64,000 bases of DNA from NCBI GenBank assembly GCA_965649765.1, contig OZ287756.1, forward strand, positions 50,344,001-50,408,000. The letters are read 5' to 3'. Shown one piece after another: positions 39,649 through 51,975 of this stretch (its first letter is position 1; each line of letters starts with the position of its first letter). The stretch comes from Bispira polyomma (taxonomy: Eukaryota). A program made the translations under genes and the position numbers. Under the pieces are notes generated by a model. That model saw only the letters and a list, made by a program, of their open reading frames with translations, had not been told where the DNA came from and searched no databases.

Positions 39649-39967
39649 ACAGTCAATGATAAAATTGCCGCATTACTTATCTTTTATATGCCAATGTGTA
39701 ATTTTGCTATGTTGCCAGTGCATTTTTTTTTTAAATGTGCTAAATTACACATGGCCAATGCAGCACTCAAATTTTTATACAGCCAATTACACATTGGCAC
39801 TCCTGCAGACTTATATATGAAGCACTATCAAAAATCACTTTAATGACGCTAAATTACGGTTTGGCACTCCAGCAGCATTTCATATATGGTTTTTGTAAAT
39901 TTGACTACAAACATGGCAAATTACGGTTTGGCACTCCGACAGAGATAGGTCACTGGCAGTGTAAAGG

Positions 39968-42900
39968 ATATACGTTTGTATGTAACAATTCTTTCAAATT
40001 ATTACTATTAAAATGTTTTATTTGAACGTCATGTAGGTCGATACAGTCTAATAATATATGCCTGACTGTATCGGGACAATGACATGGAATGCACCAGGGC
40101 TTATCCTCACCTTTCAACAGATAACTATGTGTAAAATAGGTGTGTCCTATACGGGCTCGAGTAATAACTATTTCTTCCCTACGAGATAAACCCGTCCAAA
40201 AATTAAAAGCTCCAACTGTAGGGTTTATTTGAAATAGTTTGTTATCAGGACACGCATTCCATTGGGCTTGCCACTTTTGTTTAAAAACACTATTTACATT
40301 AACTTTGAAGTCTGTATAGGGGACTTTCAAGTCTAAAATGTTAAAATTCAATGCTTGTTTAGCAAGCTTGTCTGCCACTTCATTGCCCTTAATACCTACA
40401 TGACTAGGAACCCATGCTAAAATTACTTTTTTGTTCACTGACAAACACGGATTAAAAACCTTTAAAATATCCTGTAAATAGGGATGATCACAGTTATTGC
40501 CATCAATGGCTTTCAGACTAGATAGAGAGTCAGTGAATATAATAAACTTTAACCCCTCACAATGTCTAATAATGTTAAATGCCATTTTCAGAGCCTGCAA
40601 TTCAGCTGTGAATATGCTAGCATTGCCAGGTAACTTGGGCACTGAGGCCATTTGATGTTGCTGCTGCAGCTACTTTGTTTTTATCTTTAGAACCATCAGT
40701 ATATATTGCCCTGTGATCAGAATAACAATTGATCAACTGGCTAAAGAGACTTTGAAATAAATAATCGTCTCCTATACATTTTTTATTTTGTGCCAAGTAG
40801 TAATCAATGTGTGGTTTTTGTATAGTCCAGGGTGGGTCTTCTGGCAATGACACAGTCTGAATTAAATCCAACCGAGGACAACAGCAGCTAAGTCTGCCTT
40901 AATACGATGCCCAAATGATCTTATAGCTGATGGTTTATTTTCATACTTATCAATGTACTGGGGGTTATATACTACTTCATAGGTTGGATTTTGAGGGTTA
41001 CTTTTCAACTTTATTGCATACTGAACACACAGTTTATGAAATCTCAGGTATAATGGTGGTTCATTAGCTTCTACATATAAGCTTTGCATTGGAGAAGTCC
41101 TGAAGGCTCCTAGGCATATTCTTAAGCCCTGGTTTTGAATGGGTTCCAATTTTCTCAAATAAGACTTACGGGCAGAGCTAAAAACTGCACAACCATATTC
41201 CATCCTTGATCTAACAAAAGATCGATACATCCTTAGTAGTACACTTCTGTCTGCACCCCAATCCATTTTTGAGACTACTTTTAATAAATTCATTGCTTTG
41301 TCACATTTCTTACGCACATAGTCAATATGTGCTTTAAAATTAAACTTGTTATCAAGTATAATGCCAAGAAACTTTGTTTGTGTTACTACAGGTATCTGAG
41401 TGCCATATAATGTCAATGTAGGATCTAGATGGAGTTTTCTTTTGTTACAGAAGTGCATGCATACTGTTAGTTTTAGAAAATTTAAAACCATTTTCATCAG
41501 CCCATTTTTCAATTTTATTCAGGCATAGCTGTAATTGTCTCTCTATAGAGGCCATATTATTTGAGCTATATGTTATTGAGAGGTCATCAACAAAGAGAGA
41601 CTTTTCAAAGTTGGATGGAATAATATCACTTATGCTATTGATTTTTAAAATAAACAAAGTAACAGCAAGGATACTTCCTTGAGGAACACCCATTTCTTGA
41701 TTGTGCATATCTGAATAAACTGATCCTAGACGAACTTTGAAAACTCTATTGGATAAAAAATTCTGAATAAAAACAGGCATTCTACCACGAAGCCCTGCCT
41801 TATACAAATCTCTGGCAACACCATATTTCCAAACAGTATCATATGCTTTTTCTAGATCAAAAAATACTGAAACTACATGGTTGCCTTTTAAAAATGAATC
41901 TCTAATTAAAGATTCAAGTCGAACTAATTGGTCTGTTGTCGTTCGACCTTTTCTAAAACCACTTTGATGTACACTTAAAATGTTGTTTTTTTCAAGAAAC
42001 CAAACCAATCTTGCATTCATCATTCTTTCCATGGTTTTGCACAAGCAGCTCGTCAAAGATATGGGACGGTAATTGGACGGGTTTTGTGGGTCTTTACCAG
42101 GCTTAGAAATGGGTACAATAGTTGCTTCTTTCCAGCATTCAGGGATTTCACCAGTTATCCATATTTCATTAAATATGTCTAATAGTACCACAAGTGAATC
42201 CCTTGGCAAATGTTTAAGTAATTGATAATGTACTTCATCAGGCCCTGTGGCTGTATCATGAGACTTTTTTAATGCATCTATCAATTCTGATATATTGAAC
42301 TCCATGTTATAATTTTCTTGGTTTCTTGATGCAAAATTAAGCTTTTCTTTTTCAGCCTTTTCCTGATATTTCTGAAACTTAACAGAGTAATTTTTACTGC
42401 TGGAATTTTTGCTTATTTCTTCTGCCAACATATTTGCTATATCTCCTCTTTCTGTTATTTTACTTCCATCAGTATTTACTAGATGTCTTACTGTTGTATT
42501 ATTTTGCCTCCCATTTATTTTCCTAAGCATTTCCCATACCTTTTTGGCTGAAGTATTTGTATTTAGTTTTGATATATATTCCTTCCAGGAGTTTCTTTTA
42601 GCTGCTTTAATTACACTCCGAGCCTTAGCCCTTCAGTTTCTATATTCATTTATATTTGCCGATGTTGGATTTATTCGGCATTTATCTAGGGCTTTCTGAC
42701 GAGCTTTTTGGACCCTTTTACATTCATCATTAAACCATGGTTTAAAACTACCAGTGGACTGTCCTGAGGATTTAGGTATACTTTTTGTGGCTGTGTCATT
42801 CAATTTACTCATAAAAACAGGAAACTTGTCACTCAAATTTTGAAATGTATGTCTATTAATTTCAAGTGAGCAATGTAGCTGATATTTTACCCAATCAGCC

Positions 42901-43610
42901 TTTTTAATGTTCCAACGGGGTACATTGTCTCTTGGTATATTTTTAACTATATCGATTAGAATTGGGAAATGATCACTACCACATTGGTCACTGTGAACTT
43001 GCCAAGTAAAGTCAAGGAATGTTGAACTGGAACATAATGATAAATCTATTGCAGTTAAAGATCCTGTAGCTGGATGTAGATATGTAGGAGAATAGTCATT
43101 GAGTAAACAAACACCAGATAAGTCTAATATATGCTCAATCTTTTCTCCTCTACTATCACAGTGATTTGAACCCCACAAATCATTATGGGCATTAAAGTCA
43201 CCTATTAATAAAAATGGTTGTGGCAGTTCATTGACTAGATTATCTAAGTTTTTCTGTGTAACTGTACAACTTGGTGGAATATATATACAACATATAGTTA
43301 TGGTTTTGTGTAGGGATACATTAACTGCTACGGCTTGTAACTGTCTGGTTAAGGAGATTACTTCATGTGGCACACCTTTTTTAACAAATAATGAGCAACC
43401 TCCAAATACTCTTCCATTAACTTCTGAAACACTAGTTTTGTAATAGTGATCAAAGCCTCTCAATTTGTAATTATCATTGTCTTTAAAATATGTTTCCTGC
43501 AAAGCTAAAATGTATGGACTAAAATCAGAAATTAAATGTTTAATTTCTTCAAAATTTGGCTTATAGCCACGACAGTTCCACTGGATAATGTGTTTTTGGT
43601 TTGGTTTCAT
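39968..43610 (-). pseudogene. LINE ORF2: APE endonuclease - reverse transcriptase - RNase H (several frameshifts)
   Basis: QWNCRG, LQET, GDFNAH, SDHFP; NYRPISL, QSGFR, DLEKAYD, GVPQGS, FVDD; YTDGS, AELQA, TDSLS, WVPSHVGIKGNEVAD. Confidence 0.95.
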
Positions 43611-43619
43611 TATTTAATT

Positions 43620-44853
43620 TTATTTACAATTTTGACTCCGAGGTCTTCCTCTATTATTTTGTGGTGGTAGATCAACCATCATTTCATTATCATCCTCACC
43701 ATCTGAGTAAAGAGTATCTTGTTTATTATATTGTTTAATAAGATCATTTGACCCTTTTGAATTTCTATTTCTATTGAGAATTACCTTACTCTGGTTATTT
43801 GTCACTTTGACTGATTCATTTTGTGATTTGGTTGCTTCAGTTTGACATGAAGATGTAACTTTGGTTAAAACTACTTTTGAATCCTTTTCATTTGTTGCTT
43901 GTGGTAATTTTTTGGGACTTTTTAATGTTTCTGGCCAAGTCATATCTGTCTGAGTTTCTTTGGAGCAAAGTGTCACAGATTTTGTTACTTTGGCATATGA
44001 AGTTTTTACATTATTAAATATTGATATTTGTTTCTTGGCTTCTGTATAAGATATACCTCTTTCAGTTTTGATTTTTTGGATTTCTTTTTCTTCTTTCCAT
44101 TTTGGGCAAGTTTTGTCGGTAGCTGAATGATTTCCCTCACAATTAATACACTTGGCATCATTTTCGCATTCATGTATATCTGTATGATTCTCACTACCAC
44201 ATTTTGGGCACACTTCTTTTCTTCTGCATGTAAATTTTGTATGACCAAATTTTTGGCATCTGAAGCACCTCATTGGATTTGGAACAAACACTGACACAGG
44301 CACTCGCAAATAACCCACCCTAATGTATTTTGGTAGAACTTGGCATGCAAAAGTCAATATGAAAGTCCCAGTACGCCTTCTTTCGCCCTCTCGAAAAATC
44401 GTTATTCGGTCCAACTTTACAACACCCTCAGATTGTAAACCTTCTAATATTTCATCATCTGCACATTCTTTAATATCTGGACATCTTATCACTCCTTTCT
44501 TTGTATTCAAAGTATTGTGAGGGGTTACGCTTATTGGTATAGAGTAGTCCATTGTCAAGTCCAATTTTGTTGTTTTCAAAAGTTTGTCACTTTGCTTTTC
44601 TTTATCAACCTCAACTAAAATATTTCCTGATCTTAGTTTTTTTTATGTTGATAGGTTCAGTGCCCAAAACAGATAAAATGGCCTTATTAACAGCGAAAGG
44701 TGAGAGTTTCAGTAGGGAATTTTCTGTTTCAGAACCTTGCAAAAGTAAAAATCGAGGCCAAGAACAAGCAATACCAGTTTCCAAAGTCATAAATCCTGGG
44801 TCATTCGTGGGTCGAGTCCTTTTCCTTCCATCCGTTTGATTTTGTGATGCCAT
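43620..44853 (-). pseudogene. LINE ORF1 (gag-like, three zinc knuckles); frameshift near 44620
   Basis: KLSPFAV, PHNTLN..KGVI, PNPMRCFRCQKFGH, CPKCG..H, CINCEGNH...C. Confidence 0.9.
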
Positions 44854-45380
44854 GGTTAAATAGTTAATATTCACTGCCAATGCTCTCCACCCACCCTTCG
44901 AGCCCAACAAGGGGATACCGAATTGTGTGGGGCTATGCCCAGCACACAGGTACCAGAGATACATTGGCAGTATACTCAAAGCCCACTAAAAGTGAACCTC
45001 AATTGACCTGTTAAGCAGCCGCCTTCTAGATACTCCAAACAAAAGCACAAACCAGATACCAGCAGAATAAAACTAACAAAACAACAATATAAACATTCAC
45101 CAACAATGAACCATCACTTAATTTGGAGCACTAGGGCTTGGCACTACCAGCCGATTGGTTAAGCCAGGCCATCTTAACCATCCGTCTAAGTGAAATTGAG
45201 GCCAAAGCTGTGTATTGCCTCCTCAATGCCGCAGCAAGGTATCGGCTCAACAACCAGGACCCTCTCTTCCACTGACACGGACCGCAACCCACGGCAAACA
45301 GGTTGCCCCCAATTAGTCGCCTCTTACGACACGCTGAAGGGTACGTTGGGCCTATTCTACTTCCCCGGACCCACAGGGGG

Positions 45381-45985
45381 ATGCTTTACTGTGATCTTTA
45401 CTAGGTTTAGGCATAGGTAGATATGTGGCTTCTATCTAGCAATCAGGGATAACATGTTTTCTGGTGTCACAACAGATACTAGTCTGGAAATGTATAGACT
45501 GCAAGGTAGGTAATAGGTAAGTTATTGTCACCTTTACCAGGTTGAGGCATACTTAGATTGGTTACTTCTTTCCAGCAATCAGTGATTACACCTGTTTCCT
45601 AGCAGGTACGTAATTGTGATCTTTACCAGGTTTAGGCGTAGGTAGATATGTGACTTCTTTTTAGCAATCAGGGATTACACCTGTTGTTTGGTGTCAAAAC
45701 AGACACCAGTCTGGAGATATGTAGACTGCAAGATAGGTAATAGGTAAGTGATTTATTGTGATATTTACCAGATTGAGGAATAGGTAGATCTGCTACTTCT
45801 TTCCATCAATCAGGGATTACACATTTCCTGGTGTCACATCAGAGACCAGATGGAAGTGCCATGATTGCCGAAAACAGGTAAGTTATTCATTGTCATCTTT
45901 ACCAGGTTTAGGAATTATTCTCTTGTTTTTTTTTTAATATTAGAGATGTACATGTGTACAATAATTTTAAGCTGTATAGTTAACT
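45381..45985. repeat. Satellite (continuation of 21716-21867; collinear with ~9195-9925)
   Basis: Same subunits and order, including the terminal TTAGAGATGTACATGTG...TAAGCTGTATAGTTAA block. Confidence 0.9.
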
Positions 45986-48289
45986 TCAGATTTCTTGAAA
46001 GCTTTTAATTATGTCAAACTACTACCATAAGTTATGGAAAATTGTACCAATTGAAAACTTTCTGCAACTACTAAAGTGTTGCAATTGACACATACTATAT
46101 CATTTTGATATCAATTTAGTTGCCTCTATCATTCTGATGTATTGTTTTAAGGTCATAGAAAGTTTTAGTAATTTTCTAAGGTATTTTGGGTGTATTTTAC
46201 CCCCACATGAAGCTGAGGTACCAGAACAAAAAGTATAAGAATATATCAAGCCTTCCAAATAGACGTTGAGCAGTTCATCACTCTAGTATTTGAAATCCTG
46301 ACCAAACAATATTTTGACCTACATGTCACACCCCAAAGCATGTCTTTATCAATGGCATCAGAGATGATCGAACCAACAGACACCTCTCACGTAGAAACCC
46401 TCAAAAAATCTAGAAGCAGTATTGTGTGTAGCTGGGAGGAACAAAACACACCATAACATGTTAAGGTGCATCAAAAGCAAGATGATCTAATGGAAGTTGA
46501 CATGATCAGTCACCAGTTTGTTGCAAAATAACAGCACTGTATGGCAGACTAAGAGGGCAGGCCAGAGTTTAGATGGCCTCAAGGCACTCAAAAAAAAGCA
46601 AAGACAAACAGACAGTTTCTAATTATGTAAGAGTATAATATATGAAGGACAGTATGGCTTAAAAAAAAAGATTTAGTTTAGTTGGGGTTTAAAGTCACTT
46701 TTCAACACACTTGCGTCATATCGCGACAAACATGTGAAAAAAATAAATAAAACAAAACAAACAAATTTGGAAAAGAGCCATCAAACACAAAAATACAACA
46801 GAAATAAATACCTTACATACTATTTATTGGCATAATGGCCAACATATTATGAATAACAAAGCAGTAAAAAAAAAATAATGAAACAAAGTAAACAAAGCAC
46901 AGCACAAAAAATATAAATTACTTTTTTAAAAACAAATTTCTTCCAGACAGTTAATCTTTAATATTATTAACTGTGTGTCCTAGTGTGTCTTCTCAAAACG
47001 TTTTCTTCCCGATATGAAAATTTCCAACAGTAGAACTGATCAATTGGCTTAAGAAGAAGAGTCATTTTCGAGAGAGCTGGTTCATATCAGTGATATTAGT
47101 CCTGCCTATCTTCTGAAACTGCAGCCTCTCAAGATTTTCACCATAGCCAGAGCTATTCATGTGCTCTATCTCGGGAAAGAGTTCTATATAGCAGAAAAAG
47201 AGTTCCAACATAAAAATACATGTACTGGTTCACATCAGCGATACTAGACCGGTCCACCCAGTGAAACAGCTAGATTTTCACCCAAAAGAGCTTATCATCT
47301 GCTCTATATTTAGAAATAAATTTATAAAGAAAAAAGTCTTGACTTTAAACACTTGGGAGAGTACTTGTTCACATTAGTGATACTGGTGACATTCTTAGTT
47401 TTGAAAGTTTTCACCAAGAAAGAGCTAATAAGTTGTTCTAACTCAAAAAATAGCTTACAATCTACCAACTGTTGTAATAGCTTCTGATGGAAAAAACAAC
47501 AAACATTTTAAGATGTCCAGTCAGTTTTGAAAAAATGTTAAATTTAAATGTATATCACTTAGAAATGGACAATTGGTTACTTCATTGCAAGAAATATGAT
47601 ATTAAATTACTGATTTTTTTTATCTTTATGTAACAATATTAATTTTAATTTTTAATGGTTAAAAAAAAATGTCTTCTGTACTATCCAATTTACCTTAAAT
47701 TTAAGTATCAACTAAAGCAATATTATTTATAATAATTTATTTAGGTTTAACCATATTTGTAGTTGGTCATGTACTTCTTTGAATGCAGGATTTACTGTAT
47801 TAAATGTTATTAAAATGTTTGTGAATTCACTGTTAATTATAAATCTGAAATATGGAAGTACCATACATATACACCAAAAAAAACACCAAAAGCATATGCA
47901 GGTACCTAAAAAACGAGGGGCAGATATAAAAGAAAAGTTAAGTATATATATAGCATTTGGGTATTAATCTTACATGGTATAGTACTACTGGTAGGGCCTA
48001 CAGAAAGATAGATATACTGCCAATTAATCACAAAAATAAGGTTACAGTTTAACGTAGCTGTCAAAATGCTTGTCACATTGCGACAAACAGATTTACTTAT
48101 ACAATGAAATAAACATTAAAAGTGTGCCGTGGTCCTGTCATGCTGGGCATACTAAATGCCAGATCCATAAGGAACTAAGGTCCACTTCTTGATGATATTG
48201 TAACTTTACATGACCTTGACTTCCTCTGTGGCACTGAGACCTATGTCCGTTTTTCTGATACTTGTGGAATAGTGCCATAAGATTGCCAC

Positions 48290-48995
48290 AAATCCTTAAT
48301 CATTAAGATTCTGAGGTTTACCATTGATATACTTATACAATGTAACAAACGTATACAAAAGTTTATAGTTACTACAAAAAAGGAGCAGAAAACACAAGGT
48401 AAGTATATATTTAGCCTTTGGGTATTAAACTCACATGGTATATTTTCTTTTGACTCCTGATGACATTTTGTGGTAAATACCCTTATAAATGATATGTGTA
48501 ACAACAATGTACTTGTATTGTTTATTCGTATATACTATCAAAGTATTAATGGAAATATAAGTATATTTAAGTTTAAAAAATCATATATAACAGTCACCCA
48601 TTTTAAAGGCAAACCATAAGATTTCCACCAATCCTTATAGATTTTTAGGTTTGCCATTTGTATGCTTAAACAATGAAACAAATGTATACAAAAGTGTATA
48701 CAGTTACTTCAAAAAAGAGGCAAGTTTTTATTCAGCCTTTGATTATTGATCTCACATATAATAGTTTCTCTCGACTATTGATGACATTTTGTGGTAAATA
48801 ACCTTATAAATGATATGTGTAACAGAACAATATATTTGTATTATTTATTTATATATATACTATATAAAAGTATTAATGGAAATATAAGTATATAGTTAAG
48901 TTTAAAAATCATGTATAACAGGTTACTCAGTTTAAAAGCAAACCATAAGATTTTTACAAATCCTTAATCATTCGGATATTTAGGTTTGCCATTTG
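48290..48995. repeat. Imperfect ~300-340 bp tandem duplication
   Basis: GATGACATTTTGTGGTAAATA.CCTTATAAATGATATGTGTAACA at ~48459 and ~48780. Confidence 0.75.
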
Positions 48996-49280
48996 CGGCA
49001 GTTTGCGCATTGTGGTTGAAGTTTTGGGCAATGTGTTTTTCTAAGTATCTCTTAGTGTCAAAGTGTCAACATGAATCACCTACAATTTTATTTCAATCTG
49101 AAATTTGTAACCTTTTTGGCCTTATATTGACAGCTTCTCTTAATCACTAATTTTTTTATATGTTATCAAAAGCAAAGATGCTTAATCATTCTATAATTTA
49201 TCAAAAATATTTATGCCTCATCATTAAAACAGGAATGCATTCCATAATTGGTCCCAATATACAGCCTTCAATAGCAAGAG

Positions 49281-49531
49281 GGGGCCGCGGTGGCCTAGTG
49301 GTTAGCAAGCATTGCGCTTCACAATCACTGGTCTCTCACCTCTGGGCGGCGTGAGTTCGAATCCCGTCGATGCCTATGTGGGAAAGGTGGTAGTTCCTTA
49401 CTGTGGGCCGCTGGTTTCTCTGCAGAACCTTGACCAACTGTATGCAGTGTTTCCTCCAGCATTTCCAACTACCCGTCCCAATATAACCTACTAAAAGGTA
49501 CTAGAGTGGATGTTAAATATTCAAATTCAAA
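49281..49531 (+). mobile_element. tRNA-derived SINE (full-length copy)
   Basis: A/B boxes, (ATTCAA)n tail, 13-bp TSD TCAATAGCAAGAG at 49268-49280 and 49532-49544. Confidence 0.88.
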
Positions 49532-50039
49532 TCAATAGCAAGAGCATACACAATTGACATACTTTGTCTGGATGCATTTACTTATGTCTCTAACTGAAAT
49601 GTTACATACTGTGACTGTACTTAACATGTAAATTTCAGTGATACACTTAATATACCAGTAAAATATTTTACACATTGAAAATATTATTACAGGAATTAGC
49701 ATAAAAATTTAAAAACTTATTTTCGAGTTTGTAGGAGTTAAGATAATACTGTACTAATGTAAGCAACTAACTTTTGTAAAAATCAACATGTTTAGATAAT
49801 AGAGCTCTGTTGTATTGAACTAACTTTGTAATAATCAACATGGTCAGATAATAACATGTTCAGATAATAGGGTTTTAATGTAATCAACTAACTTTTGTAA
49901 TAATCAACATGTTTAGATAATAGGGTTCTAATGTATTCAACTAATTTTTTGAACAAATTATTTAGGGAAACCTCCCTCCTTGATGAGGACATGAGGTTGG
50001 TGCACTGTACCGAGCGAGGTGAAGTGGTATACCCCCCCG

Positions 50040-51640
50040 AGACCACCAGGAAGACCGCCCCCCCAAGACAGCCCCCAAGAGAAGGATAGTTCCCAAGAGA
50101 AGGACAGCCCCCAAGAGAAGGATAGTCCCCAAGAGAAGGACCGACCCCAAGAGGAGGATAGCCCCTAAGGGGAGGATAGCCCACAAGAGAAAGACCACCT
50201 CCAAGAGAAGGACCGACCCCAAGAGGAGGAGGATAGCCCCCAAAAGAAGGACTGGCCCCAAGAGGAGGATAGCCCACGAGAGGATAGCCTCCAAGAGAAG
50301 GACAGCCCCCAAGAGAAGGACAGCTCCCAAGAGGAGGACAATCCCTAAGAGAGGGACAGCTCCCAAAAGGAGGAAAGCCCCCAACAGGACAGCCCCCAAC
50401 AGAAGGACCGACCCCAAGGGGAGGATAGTCTCCAAAAGAAGGATAGTCCCCAAGAGAAGGACAGCCCCCAAGAGAAGGATAGTCCCCAAGAGAAGGACCG
50501 ACCCCAAGAGGAGGATAGCCCCTAAGGGGAGGATAGCCCACAAGAGAAAGACCACCTCCAAGAGAAGGACCGACCCCAAGAGGAGGAGGATAGCCCCCAA
50601 AAGAAGGACTGGCCCCAAGAGGAGGATAGCCCACGAGAGGATAGCCTCCAAGAGAAGGACAGCCCCCAAGAGAAGGACAGCTCCCAAGAGGAGGACAATC
50701 CCTAAGAGAGGGACAGCTCCCAAAAGGAGGAAAGCCCCCAACAGGACAGCCCCCAACAGAAGGACCGACCCCAAGGGGAGGATAGTCTCCAAAAGAAGGA
50801 TAGTCCCCAAGAGAAGGACAGCCCCCAAGAGAAGGATAGTCCCCAAGAGAAGGACCGACCCCAAGAGGAGGATAGCCCCTAAGGGGAGGATAGCCCACAA
50901 GAGAAAGACCACCTCCAAGAGAAGGACCGACCCCAAGAGGAGGAGGATAGCCCCCAAAAGAAGGACTGGCCCCAAGAGGAGGATAGCCCACGAGAGGATA
51001 GCCTCCAAGAGAAGGACAGCCCCCAAGAGAAGGACAGCTCCCAAGAGGAGGACAATCCCTAAGAGAGGGACAGCTCCCAAAAGGAGGAAAGCCCCCAACA
51101 GGACAGCCCCCAACAGAAGGACCGACCCCAAGGGGAGGATAGTCTCCAAAAGAAGGATAGCCCCCAAAAGAAGGACAGCTCCCAAGAAGACAGCCTCTAA
51201 GAGGGCACCCCCCAAAAGGACAGCCCCTAAGAGCAGGATAGCCCCCAACAAAAGGACAGCTCCCAAGAGGACAGCCCCCAAGAAAAGGACAGCTCTCAAG
51301 AGGAGAATAGCCCCCAAAAGGACATTCCCCAAGAGGATAGCCCCCAAGAGAAAGAACCCCCCCCCCCAAGAGAAGGACAGTCCCAAGTGAAGGAGAAACC
51401 CCAAGAGGAGGATAGCCCCCATAAGGAGGACCTAACCCAAGAGGAGGACTGACCCAAAGAGGACTCCGGGGAGGACCGACTCCAACAGGAGGACCAACCC
51501 CAAAAGAAGGACGTCCCCCAAGAGGAAGACCGCCCCATGGAGGACTGACCCCAAGAGGAGGACTCCGAGGAGGACTTCCCCCAGGAGGAGGAAGAAACCC
51601 AAGAGGACCACCACAACCAAGAGGAAAGGATAACCCCAGA
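50040..51640. repeat. Purine-rich 18-bp minisatellite (AGAAGGACAGCCCCCAAG-like) with a 360-bp higher-order unit x3
   Basis: Near-identical blocks at a 360-bp period (e.g. GCCCCTAAGGGGAGG at 50161, 50518, 50875); degenerate units to ~51640. Confidence 0.92.
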
Positions 51641-51939
51641 AAATGACTACCTGGGACTTAATCAACCAAGACCGGAACTGGAATAAGGCTCAGGAGGACA
51701 GTGTCATCCAGGACTTGCTTAACTGTGACCTCAACCCCCCAAACGAGGCCAAAGCCAAAAGGTACAATGTAATTAAAAAACAATTTTTACAACCCCAGGG
51801 TCCCAAAGAGTCAACCACAATGACTCATTCGAGGATAACAGGTTCTGTAAGCAAAAATTTTCAGATACAATTTAATCTAAGCACCATGAACTGTATTTCT
51901 GTCAGTACATCTAAAGGAAAACAAACATGATAACCAAAC

Positions 51940-51975
<36 letters not shown>

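Larger units (their letters stand above)
22203..39967 (+). mobile_element. Giant piggyBac-like DNA transposon (17,765 bp) with ATAT target-site duplication
   Basis: Ends CCTTTAGAGTGCCA (22203) and TGGCAGTGTAAAGG (39967); ATAT at 22199-22202 and 39968-39971; inverted subterminal repeats GGAGTGCCAAACCGTAATTT at ~22277/22342 and ~39851/39918; transposase inside. Confidence 0.88.
21868..45380 (-). mobile_element. Full-length non-LTR retrotransposon (I group, Nimb-like, with RNase H), ~5.7 kb, split by a 17.8 kb insertion
   Basis: 15-bp TSD ATGCTTTACTGTGAT at 21853-21867 and 45381-45395; (TTAAC)n tail at 21868-21883; ORF1 and ORF2 domains listed separately. Confidence 0.92.

Noticed and set aside
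11330-39967. Teratorn-like piggyBac-herpesvirus fusion element
   Set aside because: The viral block lies outside the piggyBac TIRs/TSD (22199-39971) and outside the LINE that hosts the piggyBac; proximity alone does not link them
49281-49365. tRNA gene (also 540-625 and 27781-27850)
   Set aside because: The tRNA-like head continues into a shared SINE body with a tail and TSDs
49888-51422. 493-aa and 486-aa Gly/Pro/Leu-rich proteins
   Set aside because: Stop-free frames produced by a low-complexity minisatellite; no non-repeat domain supports coding
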